Source: Phoronis australis
Taxonomy: Eukaryota > Animalia > Phoronida
Length of the DNA stretch: 59,152 bases
Assembly: GCA_002633005.1 (NCBI GenBank)
Contig: NMRA01000197.1
Location: forward strand, 665,290-724,441
Direction: 5' to 3'
Under the pieces are notes generated by a model. It was given only the letters and a program-made list of their open reading frames with translations, did no database searches and had not been told where the DNA came from. Positions 37,952-50,839 of the stretch are shown piece by piece. The translations under genes and the position numbers were made by a program. Position 1 is the stretch's first letter, and every line of letters begins with the position of its first letter.

Positions 37952-38015
37952 ATGTACGTCTTCCTGTGGAAATATGCTCTTCTGTGGCTGCTCCCAATTC
38001 ACTCCGCCAGTATTG
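37952..38015 (+). CDS. Candidate alternative first exon of gene 2 (second signal peptide)
   Basis: MYVFLWKYALLWLLPIHSASI followed by g|gtaagc, phase 1; in-frame upstream stop; splices in frame to exon 47089. Confidence 0.5.
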
Positions 38016-38123
38016 GTAAGCTAGAAAGTTACCACAGAGAACCAACCAGGTGCCTTAGCTGATTAATAACGGAAGAATTTGGTGGAATGATCAAATGTTG
38101 ACTTTATCTCTCGCTCCACAAAT

Positions 38124-38164
38124 ACACACACGTACGCACGCACGCACGCACGCACACACACACG
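38124..38164. repeat. (CA)n/(CACG)n microsatellite
   Basis: acacacacgtacgcacgcacgcacgcacgcacacacacacg. Confidence 0.85.
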
Positions 38165-38449
38165 TGACACAACAACTATTGAATAGTATAGCAAAGACCG
38201 AGAGTTTTTTGATTTTTCGTTGAATATAGTAGGTACGGTACATATCAAACAATTGCAGCGTCCTCATAACAATACTAATAACGTTTTTGTCTGGTCAAAG
38301 GTCATTTAAGGTCAAATTACAGTGCTGACATGTACAAAGGTAATTAAACATTAAAAGAAGTAGAAGCTACGGTTCATTTGTAATAAACAAAAAGGTAAAC
38401 ACCTCGCCTGAGTTCTAAAAAATCATTTCATCGTAATTAGTTTTTCAAA

Positions 38450-40670
38450 GAGCTATACCAGGATGTATAGCTCATTGGCTTTGTTTATGTATATATACCT
38501 TTCAGTGGAAATGTACATTGCAAGTTCCTTTTTAAACAGTGCACTTGAATCTTTGTTTATAGTAAATATGGAACTTGAACCATACTTTGTAAAACCGCTT
38601 TCACCTGAACACCAAAGAGAACTGATTGTAAGTACAGTTTCAAACTAAGTTCAACACCATCTACGAGCAAATTATTTACATTATTCCAAAACTTTTGAGT
38701 TACATTATAAGACCACTGCTAAGGGACTATAGATTCACTTTCATCTTAGCAAATATGCACAATGAGCTATAGAATACGCCAATCCTGCGTAAGAATTTAG
38801 CCTGCAATTCCGTGAAGCAGCCGAAATTGGAACCATCTCAGACAAAGATTTTCAGTGAATGAATAGATATAGGAAAACATTGCATCATAATTCTGTAGTA
38901 TCCGGGATATTTAGTTTTTCACTCCACTTCAATTGACAATTTGTTTTTTTTTCGCAATTTTAAGAGACATTTACGTGATAAATTTTATTTACTCCTTTGA
39001 CATCTCCCAAAATACCTACAATGTATCTTGGACGACGCGGTAAAGTTACTTGATGCTTTTCCTCTCTGTGATGACCCCAGATATCATATAATAAGCTTCA
39101 TAGATCATAAATTAAAGTTACTTGAGTGGTAAAGTCAAATTTCTGTAGAAACTTCATACAAGTAATTAAGGAAACAACCATCAAAATTAAGTCGTGTACA
39201 TGAGTTATGCCTTTTTGAAACCACTGTTCATAGAAAACAGGCATAGTATCTGTTAATATATTCGAATTACCATAGAAGCTGATGAATACCATCTTTTTCG
39301 GGAACTAACAATCTGAATTCAAGGACAAATTGAAAGACTTCTTTCCAAAACACGTTAGAAGTCATTTGAGACATCTTTGTAAAATAGAAATCCTCGAACA
39401 ATAAGTAATTATTTGAAACTCTCGATAACAGACCATTTGCTACAGCTGCCCATGTACTTGTAATACTTTGACAAAGTAGTCTACGAAAGTTAATTTAATG
39501 GCTTTCATAAACGAAGTGACGTCAATAATTGGGGCTCCACCAACATTTGAGCCATAATCTTGCAACAATTTTTCCGTTTTACTGTTCCATACTTAATAGC
39601 AGAACAATTCATTCAGTTGCTTCAGGAAAGCCTGTGAAGGAGACGGGAGACGTCTAAAAAGACGTAAAAGTTTTGGGATAGTCATGGATTTCACAACTGT
39701 TATTCTAGCAAAAAGTTTCAAATTTCTTTTTCCTCACATGTCTATAGCCTTCTTTATTTCACCAAGGCTACTATTAAAATTAATATCTGGAATTTTATTT
39801 AAATCACTGAAGAATTGAATACCCAGTTAAGTGAATTCTGATGATGTCCATTTCAGTTTTACGCCACAACACATTTTTCCAAAGCTACCCTTCATAGATC
39901 CTATCCCAATACAAATTGTGTTTCTTCCAGGTCAGGCTTTAGACAAGAACATTTTGCAAATCGGTTTAAAATGTGAAGAGTTTTCCGCAGAAACTGCTCC
40001 GAGCAATTTAAATTTGCATACTTCATCAGTTTTTATTCCACCAGTCCGATCCGGATGCCTTTACTATTGTTGTCTATTCTAAAGAGCCAATCCATAATCT
40101 CTGCACATAGAATAAAAAGGTATGGTGATAACGGATCACCTTGCCTGCAGCCACGCCCTCTGTAAAAAGGTTTGACATGACACCGTTAAGTATAAAAAAA
40201 TTTGGCCACTCTGTTCAGTATAAAGCCCATTTTTTCATTGAGTCACAAAAAATACAGAAATTTAGAACTTTGTCAATAAAAGACCAAGACAAGAAGTCAA
40301 ACACCTTTTCGAAGTCCACCAGTACAAGCATGCCCGGTATATTAAACTGTTCAGTAATAAAAATGCAACAAGTCAAATGTCTGCTTTGTATTTTCTGCCA
40401 TAAAACGGCCAAAGAGAAAATACTTTTGGTCAGGATGTATTAACCATTGTATTACGGAAAAATCTCGTTGGGAAAAACAAGACGACAAACGCTTGTAACT
40501 GATGTTCAAGAAAGAAATAGGCCTCCATTTCTATATTACTTATCGGGTTATACCCTTTAGGTATGATGGTAATAACCCCCTATGAGTTTGGTAGGAAGCA
40601 TCAGTGTTCTGAAACTATGATTGTATGCTTTAATAAGATATTTCGCTAGGTCATTCCAGAAAAAAATTAT
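38450..40670 (-). mobile_element. Old, heavily degraded L1/Tx1-clade LINE
   Basis: Reverse-strand remnants LVDFEKVFDFLSWSFIDKVL and GCRQGDPLSPYLFILCAEIM, with many stops and frameshifts; boundaries approximate. Confidence 0.8.
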
Positions 40671-41298
40671 AAGATTGTCTCTGTTTGACGTGCGTGATAG
40701 ACCGAGCTGGCAGAGGCAAATCGAAAATTACATTAACAAATGTTTTGAGAGGTTGGATTTTTTGTAAGTCTGATTATCCCACCTTTGCACACAGGTGATG
40801 AGATTAGAGGATGTAACAGTTAGATCCAAGCATCTGTGCCATTTTACTGTTAATTTTCTATAGTATACATCACCATCATCTAACAAGAAAGAACGGCTCA
40901 TTATGAAGGCTCTTTTTCTTAAAACAGCTAACACTGAGTTGCTACCGATACTCTTTTATTGGTCCTTGTAATGGCCGGTGCTCTGACCGATGACAGGGAT
41001 TTGCATTGATCTCGGTCTTACCTTATATGTATGAAGACATTCGATCTGCTATGTACATTGTATACAGCAATGCATGGAGCGACTGACTCGAGTTAGTTCG
41101 GAAGAAGGTACAAATCATTTCCAAGGTGGACACGATTTGTCCTCAAGAAGGGTTGTATTGTTGGCCAAAGTAAGGCAGTAAACTTGTATTTACAGCATTT
41201 GATACTAAAACGCATTCTTGAATGTGTCTGACTTGGCGTCTGTGTACCTTTGCAGTTTTCCAGCGATGTTTAAAATCAAACGCATCACAGTTGCTTAA

Positions 41299-42452
41299 AG
41301 GAGCATGCCACCCAAAAAACAACATAATTTGTATCAATTTAGATAGAGTAGTTCTACTCCATAACGACACGTACGGTTGCGTTACCTGACACCTGAGGGC
41401 AGACGGAGGTGTTGAAATTATCCAATGACGCAATCGGTTTCACACGCAGTCTTTTCAGCAGTTCACAACACGGGTTACTGGTGTCAGCTTATCGCTTGAA
41501 GTCATCGTTTAACACCAATAAATCATCAAAATTCGATGTAAAACCCTTAAAAACACACCGAATTCTTATAAAAAGTGTTGTTTTATTTCGCTCTTACGGA
41601 TTTATTGGTATTTGGACACACCGTAGCCTACAAAGTTCGGCAGGCCAAAAAGGTCCGTAGCAGGAGTTTGGGGTCGGACTAGATAATTTTGAAGTATTTC
41701 CGTGAGATACAGACAGGAGAACCTAGTGTTGTTGTGATTTTTTTGAGTTCTAAACACAAAACGCTTGTTAGCCTGGCTGGTGGCTCGGAGCACGATCAGG
41801 AAAGTCGCGGCCGGTCGCCGGGATTGACTCGTTATCCCCGCCAGTGGCTCGGGAACTGATCAGACATCACGAACAAGGCAAAGTTCAGTGGAAACTAAAC
41901 TTCCAGTCAAGAAAATACTATACTAGTGAGCCAAAGTAATGTGCACCTCATTATGTTGGTGAATTAGCCACGAAACTGCAAATCTACTTACTCGTCGGGT
42001 GCCGCGAATTCACCGGGTTTCGCTTTGGCCACAACGAAACGTATGATCGAGTTATTAGGTAAGCCAACATTCGTCAGGCACGGTCGTCTCGTCTGCATGC
42101 CACAGACACGGAGATGTTTCAGGGCCTCTTACTTGCTATTTACAGCGTACATTTCATTCTTCACTACCATGAGCCACTTTCTAAGCATTTCGGACTCTCG
42201 AGGAAGTAAAAAAAAACGTTATACCCGCTTTCCTCGCAGCTGCTTAGTTCGGACAAGCGAGAACGATGCAGCGCAACATAGCGGCATTCACTCTGCATAT
42301 GAACCACTGACGTCGCTAGCGTCGTTTCTCACCTTCCTCACAGGTTAACGCGACACCTCTTGGCAAGGTAAGGTCGACCGTATGCGAGGCAATGTGGATA
42401 TAGACCGATTAAGACGGCTAAAAAGACTAATTAAATCGGGTGGCATTGTCCT
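41299..42452 (+). mobile_element. Kolobok-like non-autonomous DNA transposon, copy A (TTAA TSD)
   Basis: TTAA|aggagcatgccacc ... ggtggcattgtcct|TTAA. Confidence 0.8.
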
Positions 42453-42477
42453 TTAAGTGAAGTATAACACAAATTAA

Positions 42478-44187
42478 AGGAGAATGCCACCCAAAAAAAC
42501 AACCTATTTTGTATCACTTTAGATCCAGCAGTTCTACTCGATAACGGCACGTTCGGTTGAGTTACCTGATACCTGAGGGCAGACGGAGGTGTTGAAATTG
42601 TCCAATTACGTCACTGGTTTTCCACGCAGTCTGTTCAGCAGTTCACAACACGGGTTACTGGTGACAGCTTAGCGCTTGAATTCATCGCTTAACAGCAATA
42701 AATCATCAAACTTCGATGTAAAACCCTTAAAAATACACCGAGCTCATATAAAAACGTGTTGCTTTATTTCTCTGTTACGGATTTATTGGTATTTGGACAC
42801 ACAGTAGCCTACAAAGTTCGGCAGGCCAATTTACCAAGGTCCGTAGCAGGAGTTTTGGGTGTGTTCGGAGATAAATTCGAAGAATTCTTCCGTAAAATAC
42901 AGACAGGAGAACCTAGATCTGTACTGTTTAGACTTGCGATTTTTTGAGTTCTAAACACACAAAACGGTTGTTATCTCGGCCAGTGGCTCGGAACCCGATC
43001 AGACCCGTAGCGGCCGGACTGACTCGTTATACCGGCCAGTGGCTCGGAACCCGATCATGCCCGTCGCGGGCGCCGGGACTGGCACGAACATAAACCAGCT
43101 TGAGTTGGAAACTAATCCTCCAGTCACGAAAAGACTTCAACAGTAAGCCAAAGAAATAATGTGCACGTAATTATTTATATGAATTAGCCACAAAACTGAA
43201 AATCTACTTACTTCGGGGGCCCCGAAGTCGGGTTCCCCTTCCACAGACCGTCAAGGCAAAGGTTGTACAGTAGCAATGATTTCAATAATGTATTTGTATT
43301 TCTGTAAATAAAGATTCCCTTAACATGTGACCATAGCATATAAAACTGAGTAATTGTTTCACAACAACTTTCTGTCAGCAAACACTGAATTAGCATGCGC
43401 TCACACGGCCTCGGTGCCCGGTCAATTACCTTCATTGCCGGCATCAACAACTCAGTGGTTTATTCATTGCTGGCTTCTCAACGTTTGCATTCACGAATAC
43501 TGCAAAGGCATTACAAATTGTATCTAATGAGGCAGACTTTGTTTCAGTTTTATATAAGCATCGGTTAGGATGAGAATAATTCATTTTGAAACAGAACGCA
43601 GAGTAATAAACATCCACATGGCAATTCGCCCGGCAGCAATCCCTTAGTCAAGAGCTCACCCGACGAAGACTTCACGGGTCGTATCGTTAGGTTTCACAGG
43701 CTATCAGTTCGAACCGGAAAACAATGATCAAGAAATACTAGAGAGGTGCCGTGAATATGCACAGGCAACAGAACGTATGGATAGTTCTTTAGTAAACAGG
43801 AACTCGTCAGAGAAATCCATTGTCGACGAAATGCCGGACACAGGCACGGAGATGTTTCACAGACTCTTACTTGCTATTAACAGCATACCTTTCATTCTTC
43901 ACTACCGCGAGCCACTTCCTAAGCATTTCGGGCTCTCGAGGAAGTCGAAAAAACGATATACCCGCTGTCTTCGAAGTTTCATAGTTCGGACAAGCGGGAA
44001 CGATGCACCGCAATATAGCGGCATTCACTCTGCAGACGAACCACTGACGTGGCTGCGTCGTTTCTCACCTTCCTCACAGGTTAACGAGACACCTCTCGGA
44101 AAGGTGAGGTCGACCGTATAAGAGGCGATGTGGATATAGACCGATTAAGACGGTAAAAAAGACTAATCAAATCGGTGGCATTCTCCT
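42478..44187 (+). mobile_element. Kolobok-like non-autonomous DNA transposon, copy B (TTAA TSD)
   Basis: TTAA|aggagaatgccacc ... ggtggcattctcct|TTAA with a perfect 14-bp TIR; colinear with copy A plus about 550 bp of extra internal sequence. Confidence 0.82.
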
Positions 44188-44199
44188 TTAATATAATGT

Positions 44200-44245
44200 A
44201 CACACACACACACACACACACACAGACGCACACACACACAAACAC
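44200..44245. repeat. (CA)n microsatellite
   Basis: Run of cacacaca... with few interruptions. Confidence 0.9.
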
Positions 44246-44251
44246 GAGTAC

Positions 44252-44391
44252 CAGGCCCGTAGGAAGGAAAACATTATTGAGGGGGCACAAACCACTTTGG
44301 CTTCGCCACCCTACCCCCTTGCTATCGTCACCACCNCGTTCTCTGGATGTCACCATATTTGTACCGAACCCCACCCCCCACGTCCGCCATA
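44252..44391. mobile_element. Short hAT derivative sharing the TIR of the 1-804 element; spans an N
   Basis: Left TIR caggcccgtaggaagg; agtac occurs at 44247-44251 and 44392-44396; right end is degenerate; ambiguous base at 44337. Confidence 0.5.
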
Positions 44392-44872
44392 AGTACGGGT
44401 AATACCGGGGATGCAGCCATCAGGATTTGAGTAAACGTGAACCAACAAACCAACACAGATTCACGGAGAGTAAGAATGCGTTTAGGCCCCGAGGGCAATG
44501 ACGGATAGCTGGGAGCTGCCTGAAGTAACTATAGTTGGGTCGAAGGTCAAGTTTCCTTTTATTATGATCCATTTTCGGAAAAATTTCATTTTATTATGGG
44601 GTTTCTTTGAAATAATTTCTGGAAAGGTGAGGTCCCGAGGTGCCTGGTATGAATGCCTTTGTGGCCGTTTCAGAATCCCTTGATCAAACACAGGCGGTAG
44701 TACCGTTTCTGGTTGTTGGAGAAAATGATACAGATTCTGTCCCAAAAATGTACACATTTCAACGTCTGGCGTTCAAATTTTGTTCTCGTGGGTAACTGAT
44801 ATTCTAAGCAGGCCTACTGGATGCTTACACCTTATTTTTAACGCGGGTGTGTCTGTCATGACCTGCTCCGTG

Positions 44873-45091
44873 CATGTGCTCACCTGGGTGCTCGGGGGGC
44901 TCGATGGCAAAGTGGACAAAAAGGTCCGCCTCAGAGAAAAATAAAATCCGAGAAAAAACAGACAAAAGGCAGGATACGGCGTATGCACAATTCATAGCCC
45001 TGAAGGAACCCCGTATTCGTTTGTTTTTTAGTAAAAGTCCACATCCTCAAAAATGCGAGCCCCCATACATTTTACGCTGGTTGCACGCATG
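44873..45091. mobile_element. CATG-family MITE with 5-bp TSD (CCGTG)
   Basis: ccgtg|catgtgctcacc...ggttgcacgcatg|ccgtg. Confidence 0.78.
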
Positions 45092-45559
45092 CCGTGTGTG
45101 TAGTATGCACGGGAAATGCAAGCAAACGATTCAGTTTTGAAGAACAAAAATTCATTGCACAATACTACTGGAAACCAAAAACATCAAGAAAGCTCAAAGA
45201 CAGCCTTTCCAAGTTGATGACCAATAAATTAGATTTTATTGATTTAAGTACCTAAACTTCGTTTTTGATCTACGCTTTAAAAACTTAAACTCAGTAATCT
45301 AGTTCCTAAGCCATTAAACAATTCATTGTCCTTTGAATTGTGAGAACATTTTTGGACACATTGTTGAGCTGTCCGAAATTCATCAATTCTCTTGAGACTT
45401 ATTTCAGATAGACAGAAATCGTTTAGTGTACTTTTATATTTGGAGATCTGATCGAATTTTCCTAATGTCGGCCGCAATTAAATTCATTGAAGTATTGTCC
45501 TTTCTTACAAGATTTTAATTTAGCTTCTAATTCTCAAAAAATCATCTCTCATTCAGTCC

Positions 45560-46880
45560 ACTTTCGAAGATACATAAACATGTAAATCAGAGAACAACAA
45601 ATTTGTTAATCAAAACGGAATGTTATAAGCAATTTCCGCATGCATGCTCGCAGTCTTTTGACGGGTAACCGGGGAAATATTGGAGATTGGGCGTTCATAG
45701 TGAGGTGTATTTTTGCTCTTTCCGAGGTATCTATGACGGTTCACGAATTTAACTTGACCTCAAGAAACGCGGAAATATGTGTTTAATTTGTTTATTACTG
45801 CGAGTAGTTGGGTACACTCGTTCGACATGTACATGATCACCCCAATGGTAGCCTCGATAGCGTTTTCACTTGTGGGAATTCCTTACAAACAACTCATAGT
45901 AATAATCTTCAAAAGAAATACTATTCTTGTGATAATATGGGAAACAGTAACATTATTTTATAACTAACCATCGGAAATAGTCCTTTTGTGTATTTAACAA
46001 ACAGCGGTCTTCATGTTCTTTAAAATTCCTAACTCCCTTTCGATGGCGACCAATCTTATTGTATTTTTTCACATTTTTTGGTTGTTTGGGTCGAATGCCT
46101 TGACACGGCTGTACTGCGCACGAATGTTTTTTTTTTTTGTTTTTGATGAATTTCTGATCACAATTTCCCTCGTAAATACTTGGCAGTGTCGGATTTACAT
46201 GTAAAGAGGGACAAATGGACATTTTTCCGAATTGCTCCACCGAGAGAGGGTCCCGTTTGAAATGGAACCCCTTAATAATGAAAAGTTAAACATTATTAAG
46301 CTTGGAAAGGGTGACAGTTCATTCCACTGTCTTGTGTTCAGACGACGGTGCAGGAAGTGACCGTCTTCAACAGGAAAGTTGGTTGCACGATTTCACAAAA
46401 AACAGGAAAATAGACGTAATCGATTCCAACGTTGGGTCCTGTCTCCGCTTACCCTTAATAATTTGTCAATAGAAATATGAAAACTGTGGTCATTTGAATG
46501 TCACCAATGGCCTCCTTCATACGTAGGCCCCTCTATGTGAAAACATCTATATTTTCAAAACTCAAGAAATGTGTAGAAATGGATGATATCTGTCAGGTCA
46601 TCACTTTTTCTCGCTTGGCTTTACAAATTTCGTCGATTTTTCGAAATATATGCATGAATCATTACGTGCACGTTTCCAAGTACATTTAGACGACCTGTGC
46701 TGCGAAAGCGGAGACCCCAACAACAATGTCCTGGCCAGGGTCCTCAAAAGGTAAACCGTGCACTGATACACAGTTGTAAAACGTTCTCTTGAGTCTTTTC
46801 TCTTATCCCCATTTAGTAGTCTTTCTTTTCTCGACTGTGCCCGCCCCACGCGTCGGTTTTACGGTTTAACCGTGACGCCT
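45560..46880 (+). repeat. Repeat family X, copy 2
   Basis: Inverted homolog of 1499-3215; its 3' part is a direct homolog of 5400-5680. Confidence 0.75.
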
Positions 46881-47088
46881 GAAAATTTTTGGGGGCCCGT
46901 GCCCTCCCCCCCGTTCCCCCCGCTTCCTACGCCCCAGCGTACGCGTACACACACACACACACTTACACAAATATACACATATGTATATGTATTGTAGGTA
47001 TTTTGTAAAAGTTTTTGCATTGAATTGTTTGTTATTTTATTGATCATGACATTCTTATTATAACCTGTACTTGTTTATTTGTGTATAG

Positions 47089-47171
47089 CACCATCGGATG
47101 TAGGGAATGTTGTTGGCATTTCAACTAAACAAGGATCTTCTACAAAAGCAACCGTAACAGTATCTTGGGAT
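47089..47171 (+). CDS. Gene 2 exon 7: FN3 repeat 1, N-half
   Basis: gtatag/gtaagt, phase 1-0; APSDVGNVVGISTKQGSSTKATVTVSWD. Confidence 0.82.
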
Positions 47172-47624
47172 GTAAGTAGCCCTTGCCTGAAGTGTGACAG
47201 AACTACCGATAACATTACGTATTGTTCTGTACAGTGTATAGTCATTTGAAATAGGCGACAAAAAGCCATGCAATCCTTCAGAAGTACACTAGACAAAATG
47301 AATCTCTCTCGGGTTCAGGGTAAAGGTGTATTTATGGAGCGAGACTGAGAAGTGTTACTCTCCCGATGGAGGTCCATCCAATATTTCCGATGGAACAGTA
47401 GATGACTGATTTATTATACTACTAGATGCTTCTTTCCTGTGATTTATTCATTTGTTAGATTGGCATGTCTTTTCCAAATTCTATGTACTGCCTTCACTTG
47501 CTTGTTTACTTTGTTGGCGTGATCAGTGGTTTAGCTGGGAGTTAAATCGTAGACAGCAGCATAGCATTATTATACCTCAACCTTGTTTTGATAGAAGTCC
47601 CCATGCTCTTGTTTGACATTCCAG

Positions 47625-47844
47625 GCACCAACTTCACCTAACTGTGATTCCAACAACTTCTATCGCCTTTCGCTGAAAAAGAACGGTGTGACTCAGTGGG
47701 CAGTTGAAAAAACCACCACGTCACTGTCTTACACGTTCTACGACCTTGACCCATACACGAAATATGATGTTGGTGTTGTGGCAGTTAACAGTGGATCATT
47801 TGAGTCTACAATGAAAGCCATTGTTGTCACGACTTTCGAAACAG
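47625..47844 (+). CDS. Gene 2 exon 8: FN3 repeat 1, C-half
   Basis: ttccag/gtacat, phase 0-1; ...YTFYDLDPYTKYDVGVVAVN...TTFET. Confidence 0.9.
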
Positions 47845-48094
47845 GTACATCATTTGATATTAACTAAAGATCGTTTACGGGAGACTTCAGAACACGTTGT
47901 ACGATTTAATGGCTTACTTTAAGTAGGCCTACATGATACCAAATCATGACGCCTGGAAATTTCAAAACAGTGCGCAATAAGAGAAGTGACAAAAGTTGAC
48001 AATGATTATTGTCAAATGAAATTAACACCAAATTACTAGTATTGTGCTACTGTTGCTGAACCTGATGAAAACGGAATTCTATACACCATTTTAG

Positions 48095-48403
48095 TTCCAT
48101 CCGGTCCTGTAACCAGCTTAACCGTGGCGTCACCCTCACCTTCTTCACTGTCTATCACGTGGTCTCCTCCCACACAACCTAATGGAGTCATCACTGGATA
48201 CCGAGCTGGATATAAGCTACTACAGAATATGGCATGTGACGTCCCATCTTCTGCCTTTGGTTATGTTCGTGAAACATTGGCAAAGACGACACATAGGTTT
48301 GAAAAACTTAATGAATTTACCAAGTATGCTATCGAAGTAGAAGCTCTTACATCGGTGGGATACGGGACTGCAGCAACACAAGAGATGACAACGAAAGAAG
48401 CAG
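48095..48403 (+). CDS. Gene 2 exon 9: FN3 repeat 2
   Basis: ttttag/gtaaca, phase 1-1; VPSGPVTSL...ITWSPPTQPNGVITGY...LNEFTKYAIEVEALTSVGYG. Confidence 0.93.
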
Positions 48404-49072
48404 GTAACAAATGAGATATTGATAAGTTGATAAGTGATAACTTAAAATTTTCAACAATTTGGTTACGCAGCTGACAGTAGGCAGTGGTACATCCTAATCG
48501 ATCATATAGGCCAATTTTTTGCAATTTACTATAAAATCTGGCTAAACTATAAAGTCACTTTACTGTATGTACCTTTTAGTGTAGCTGGTCACATTTGGAG
48601 ATGATTAAAGTTATAAAAAATTTCCAGCTGGAACAAACAATCCCGCAATTAACATTTTGTTGGATTAAACCCTCATTCGTTCAACGAAATTGTAAACCAG
48701 ATTTCGCTAGTGCTCAAAACGTGGTCGCCAAGGTCACTAATTTTGTGCATGGACAAAATAGCAATTCTCAACGAATTTGGTGACGAATGTGCCCTTCTAT
48801 GCTCAAAAGATACTTATAGCAACAACCCGTGGGTTGTTTAAGACATTGTGAGGTACATGTAGAACCTGTCATAAAGCAACCGACGGTTGACAGCACTCTA
48901 GGATGGCAACCGCCTGAGACAGTTTCGCAAGCTCAGTTCATGTCGTAACGATTATAACCAATGCACCCTTTCAGTGATGCAAGTACATGTATGTGTTCTT
49001 TACAACAATGAATGTATGAATTGGCTGCCGTGTTTTAGAAAATCTTTAAGCATTCAACGTCCTATATTACAG

Positions 49073-49342
49073 TACCAGGAGCTAAACCAGAGCTACAAAT
49101 TACAGCAATCACATCACGAAACTTCACCCTGTCATTCCGTATGAACTGTGAGGACGTCAATGGTGGTAACGGCAGCTACAAATATCAAATTGGAGACAGA
49201 GACCCTGTGCAAACTACAAGTACACATATAACAGTGACTGGACTGACACCCTATACCGTATACACAGTGCGTGCGGCATACTGTAACAACAAGGGATGTG
49301 GTCCTGAGAATGTTATTTTCCAGACGGAAACTGACCAGGAAG
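49073..49342 (+). CDS. Gene 2 exon 10: FN3 repeat 3
   Basis: ttacag/gtaagg, phase 1-1; VPGAKPEL...CEDVNG...GLTPYTVYTVRAAYCNNKGCGP. Confidence 0.92.
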
Positions 49343-50839
49343 GTAAGGTGTTGGGGATACGACTATAAAAAGGAAGCAGACTAATTGCAGTGCCTTCAGA
49401 TTGTCCTTCAGTCACAATACATTCAGTACTAAACACTGTCAGGGATTATAAATTACTGACATGTATGCATTGCTGTTGTCAATGTGGGTGTCTCACACTG
49501 TACATGTAGCTAGAGTGCGAGTTACCTTTAATTTCTTTTGACGAGTTTTTGTTATACCAGTGCTTTGAGGTAAATCCGTTCGTCTGGAGAGCCAATTGGT
49601 CTACTCTTTTTAGTGACTAAAAACACACTTATGCTGTCGTAGAATCGCCCGGCGTGATCTCGATAACCTCAAATTACATCTCATTTCAATCTCTAGATAT
49701 TACCAACCACTCAGTCATCACTCAGGCTTCCTGATGTGATGTGACTGGAATTCCACCCGCGGCTGGACTCTAACAATTCTATCCAACTTGTTTGCTGAAC
49801 TCGGCAAAATATAGCAGTTACATAGTTGGCTGTGCTTCGGGAGCAAGTTTTCGGTTATACAGAAATTGTTAAACGCACGAAAAGTTACATGGTTAGGAAG
49901 CCGGGTCAAACTTAACTACAGAGGAATCCAGTAGTGATTCGATACAGGCTTTGCGATGGTTTTGTTTCACATTCTCAAACCTGGGAGTAATATGAACATT
50001 ATTATAGTCCTAGCTCAAACTGAGCTTTAGGGCACGCCCTCTTATCAGGGTACTCTAAGTCTAAGTACAAGCCCGGTTGCTTTTACACTATGACACTGAC
50101 ATTTAACTTGTGTCTGTTTGTGATGTCCAGTCTGAAATGATAGAGACGCAGGTTCGAGGAGTTACGTCCGCCGCCCAGTGTAAGGCTTCCAAGAAAAGAA
50201 CTATCACATATGTGAACTCGTCAAGCATGTTTGAAATACACGGTGCTTGAGTTTCTGATATCAAGCACAAGATTGTGGTGATACTCATGTTTGTAATTGC
50301 CCTTGTCTCCTCATGTTGATAACGTCACTATTTCATTGCCCTGAGACAGAAAACTTGTCTTTTCGAAAACAGCACAATACTGATCCTGTGTTTGTCGATC
50401 TATTTCACGTGCGAGGCTGCTTATCTATCACCACTAGTACACGCGCGCCCTCTAGTTAAAGTAAATTTTCCGAATAGCCTCATTGCTCCAGACCGTAAGT
50501 GCAAGACACTGTCCCGTCTGAAATGGGGTCCTTAATACGAAAGACTGTGCTAGTAAACGCTAGAAACGAATGACAGTTTAATCCCTCACCGGTGGCTTTC
50601 CTTAACATAAAGGAAGTTTTCAAAATCCGGAACATAGAATCAATTGATTCCATCGTTGGAGGTCCCTCCGTGAGCTGGAGGTAAACAAATACATGAAGAG
50701 GAAAATTGTGGCTAGGCATCTACTGGCTCCTACTAAGGGCTCTCTCCCTACATACATGTATGAATATATTTATAACTTAAAAAACAGAGAATGAAAACGA
50801 AATCATCAGGGAGCCTCTCCATCAATTTCTCTGAAATAC

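Noticed and set aside
43777-44121. Similar short ORFs at 15808, 42025 and 43777 suggesting a small gene family
   Set aside because: They fall in the shared right arm of the Kolobok-like elements, and the frames are not conserved between copies.
49560-50720. Possible highly decayed DIRS-like coding remnants on the minus strand
   Set aside because: No diagnostic motif could be read with confidence; needs tBLASTn against a TE protein library.
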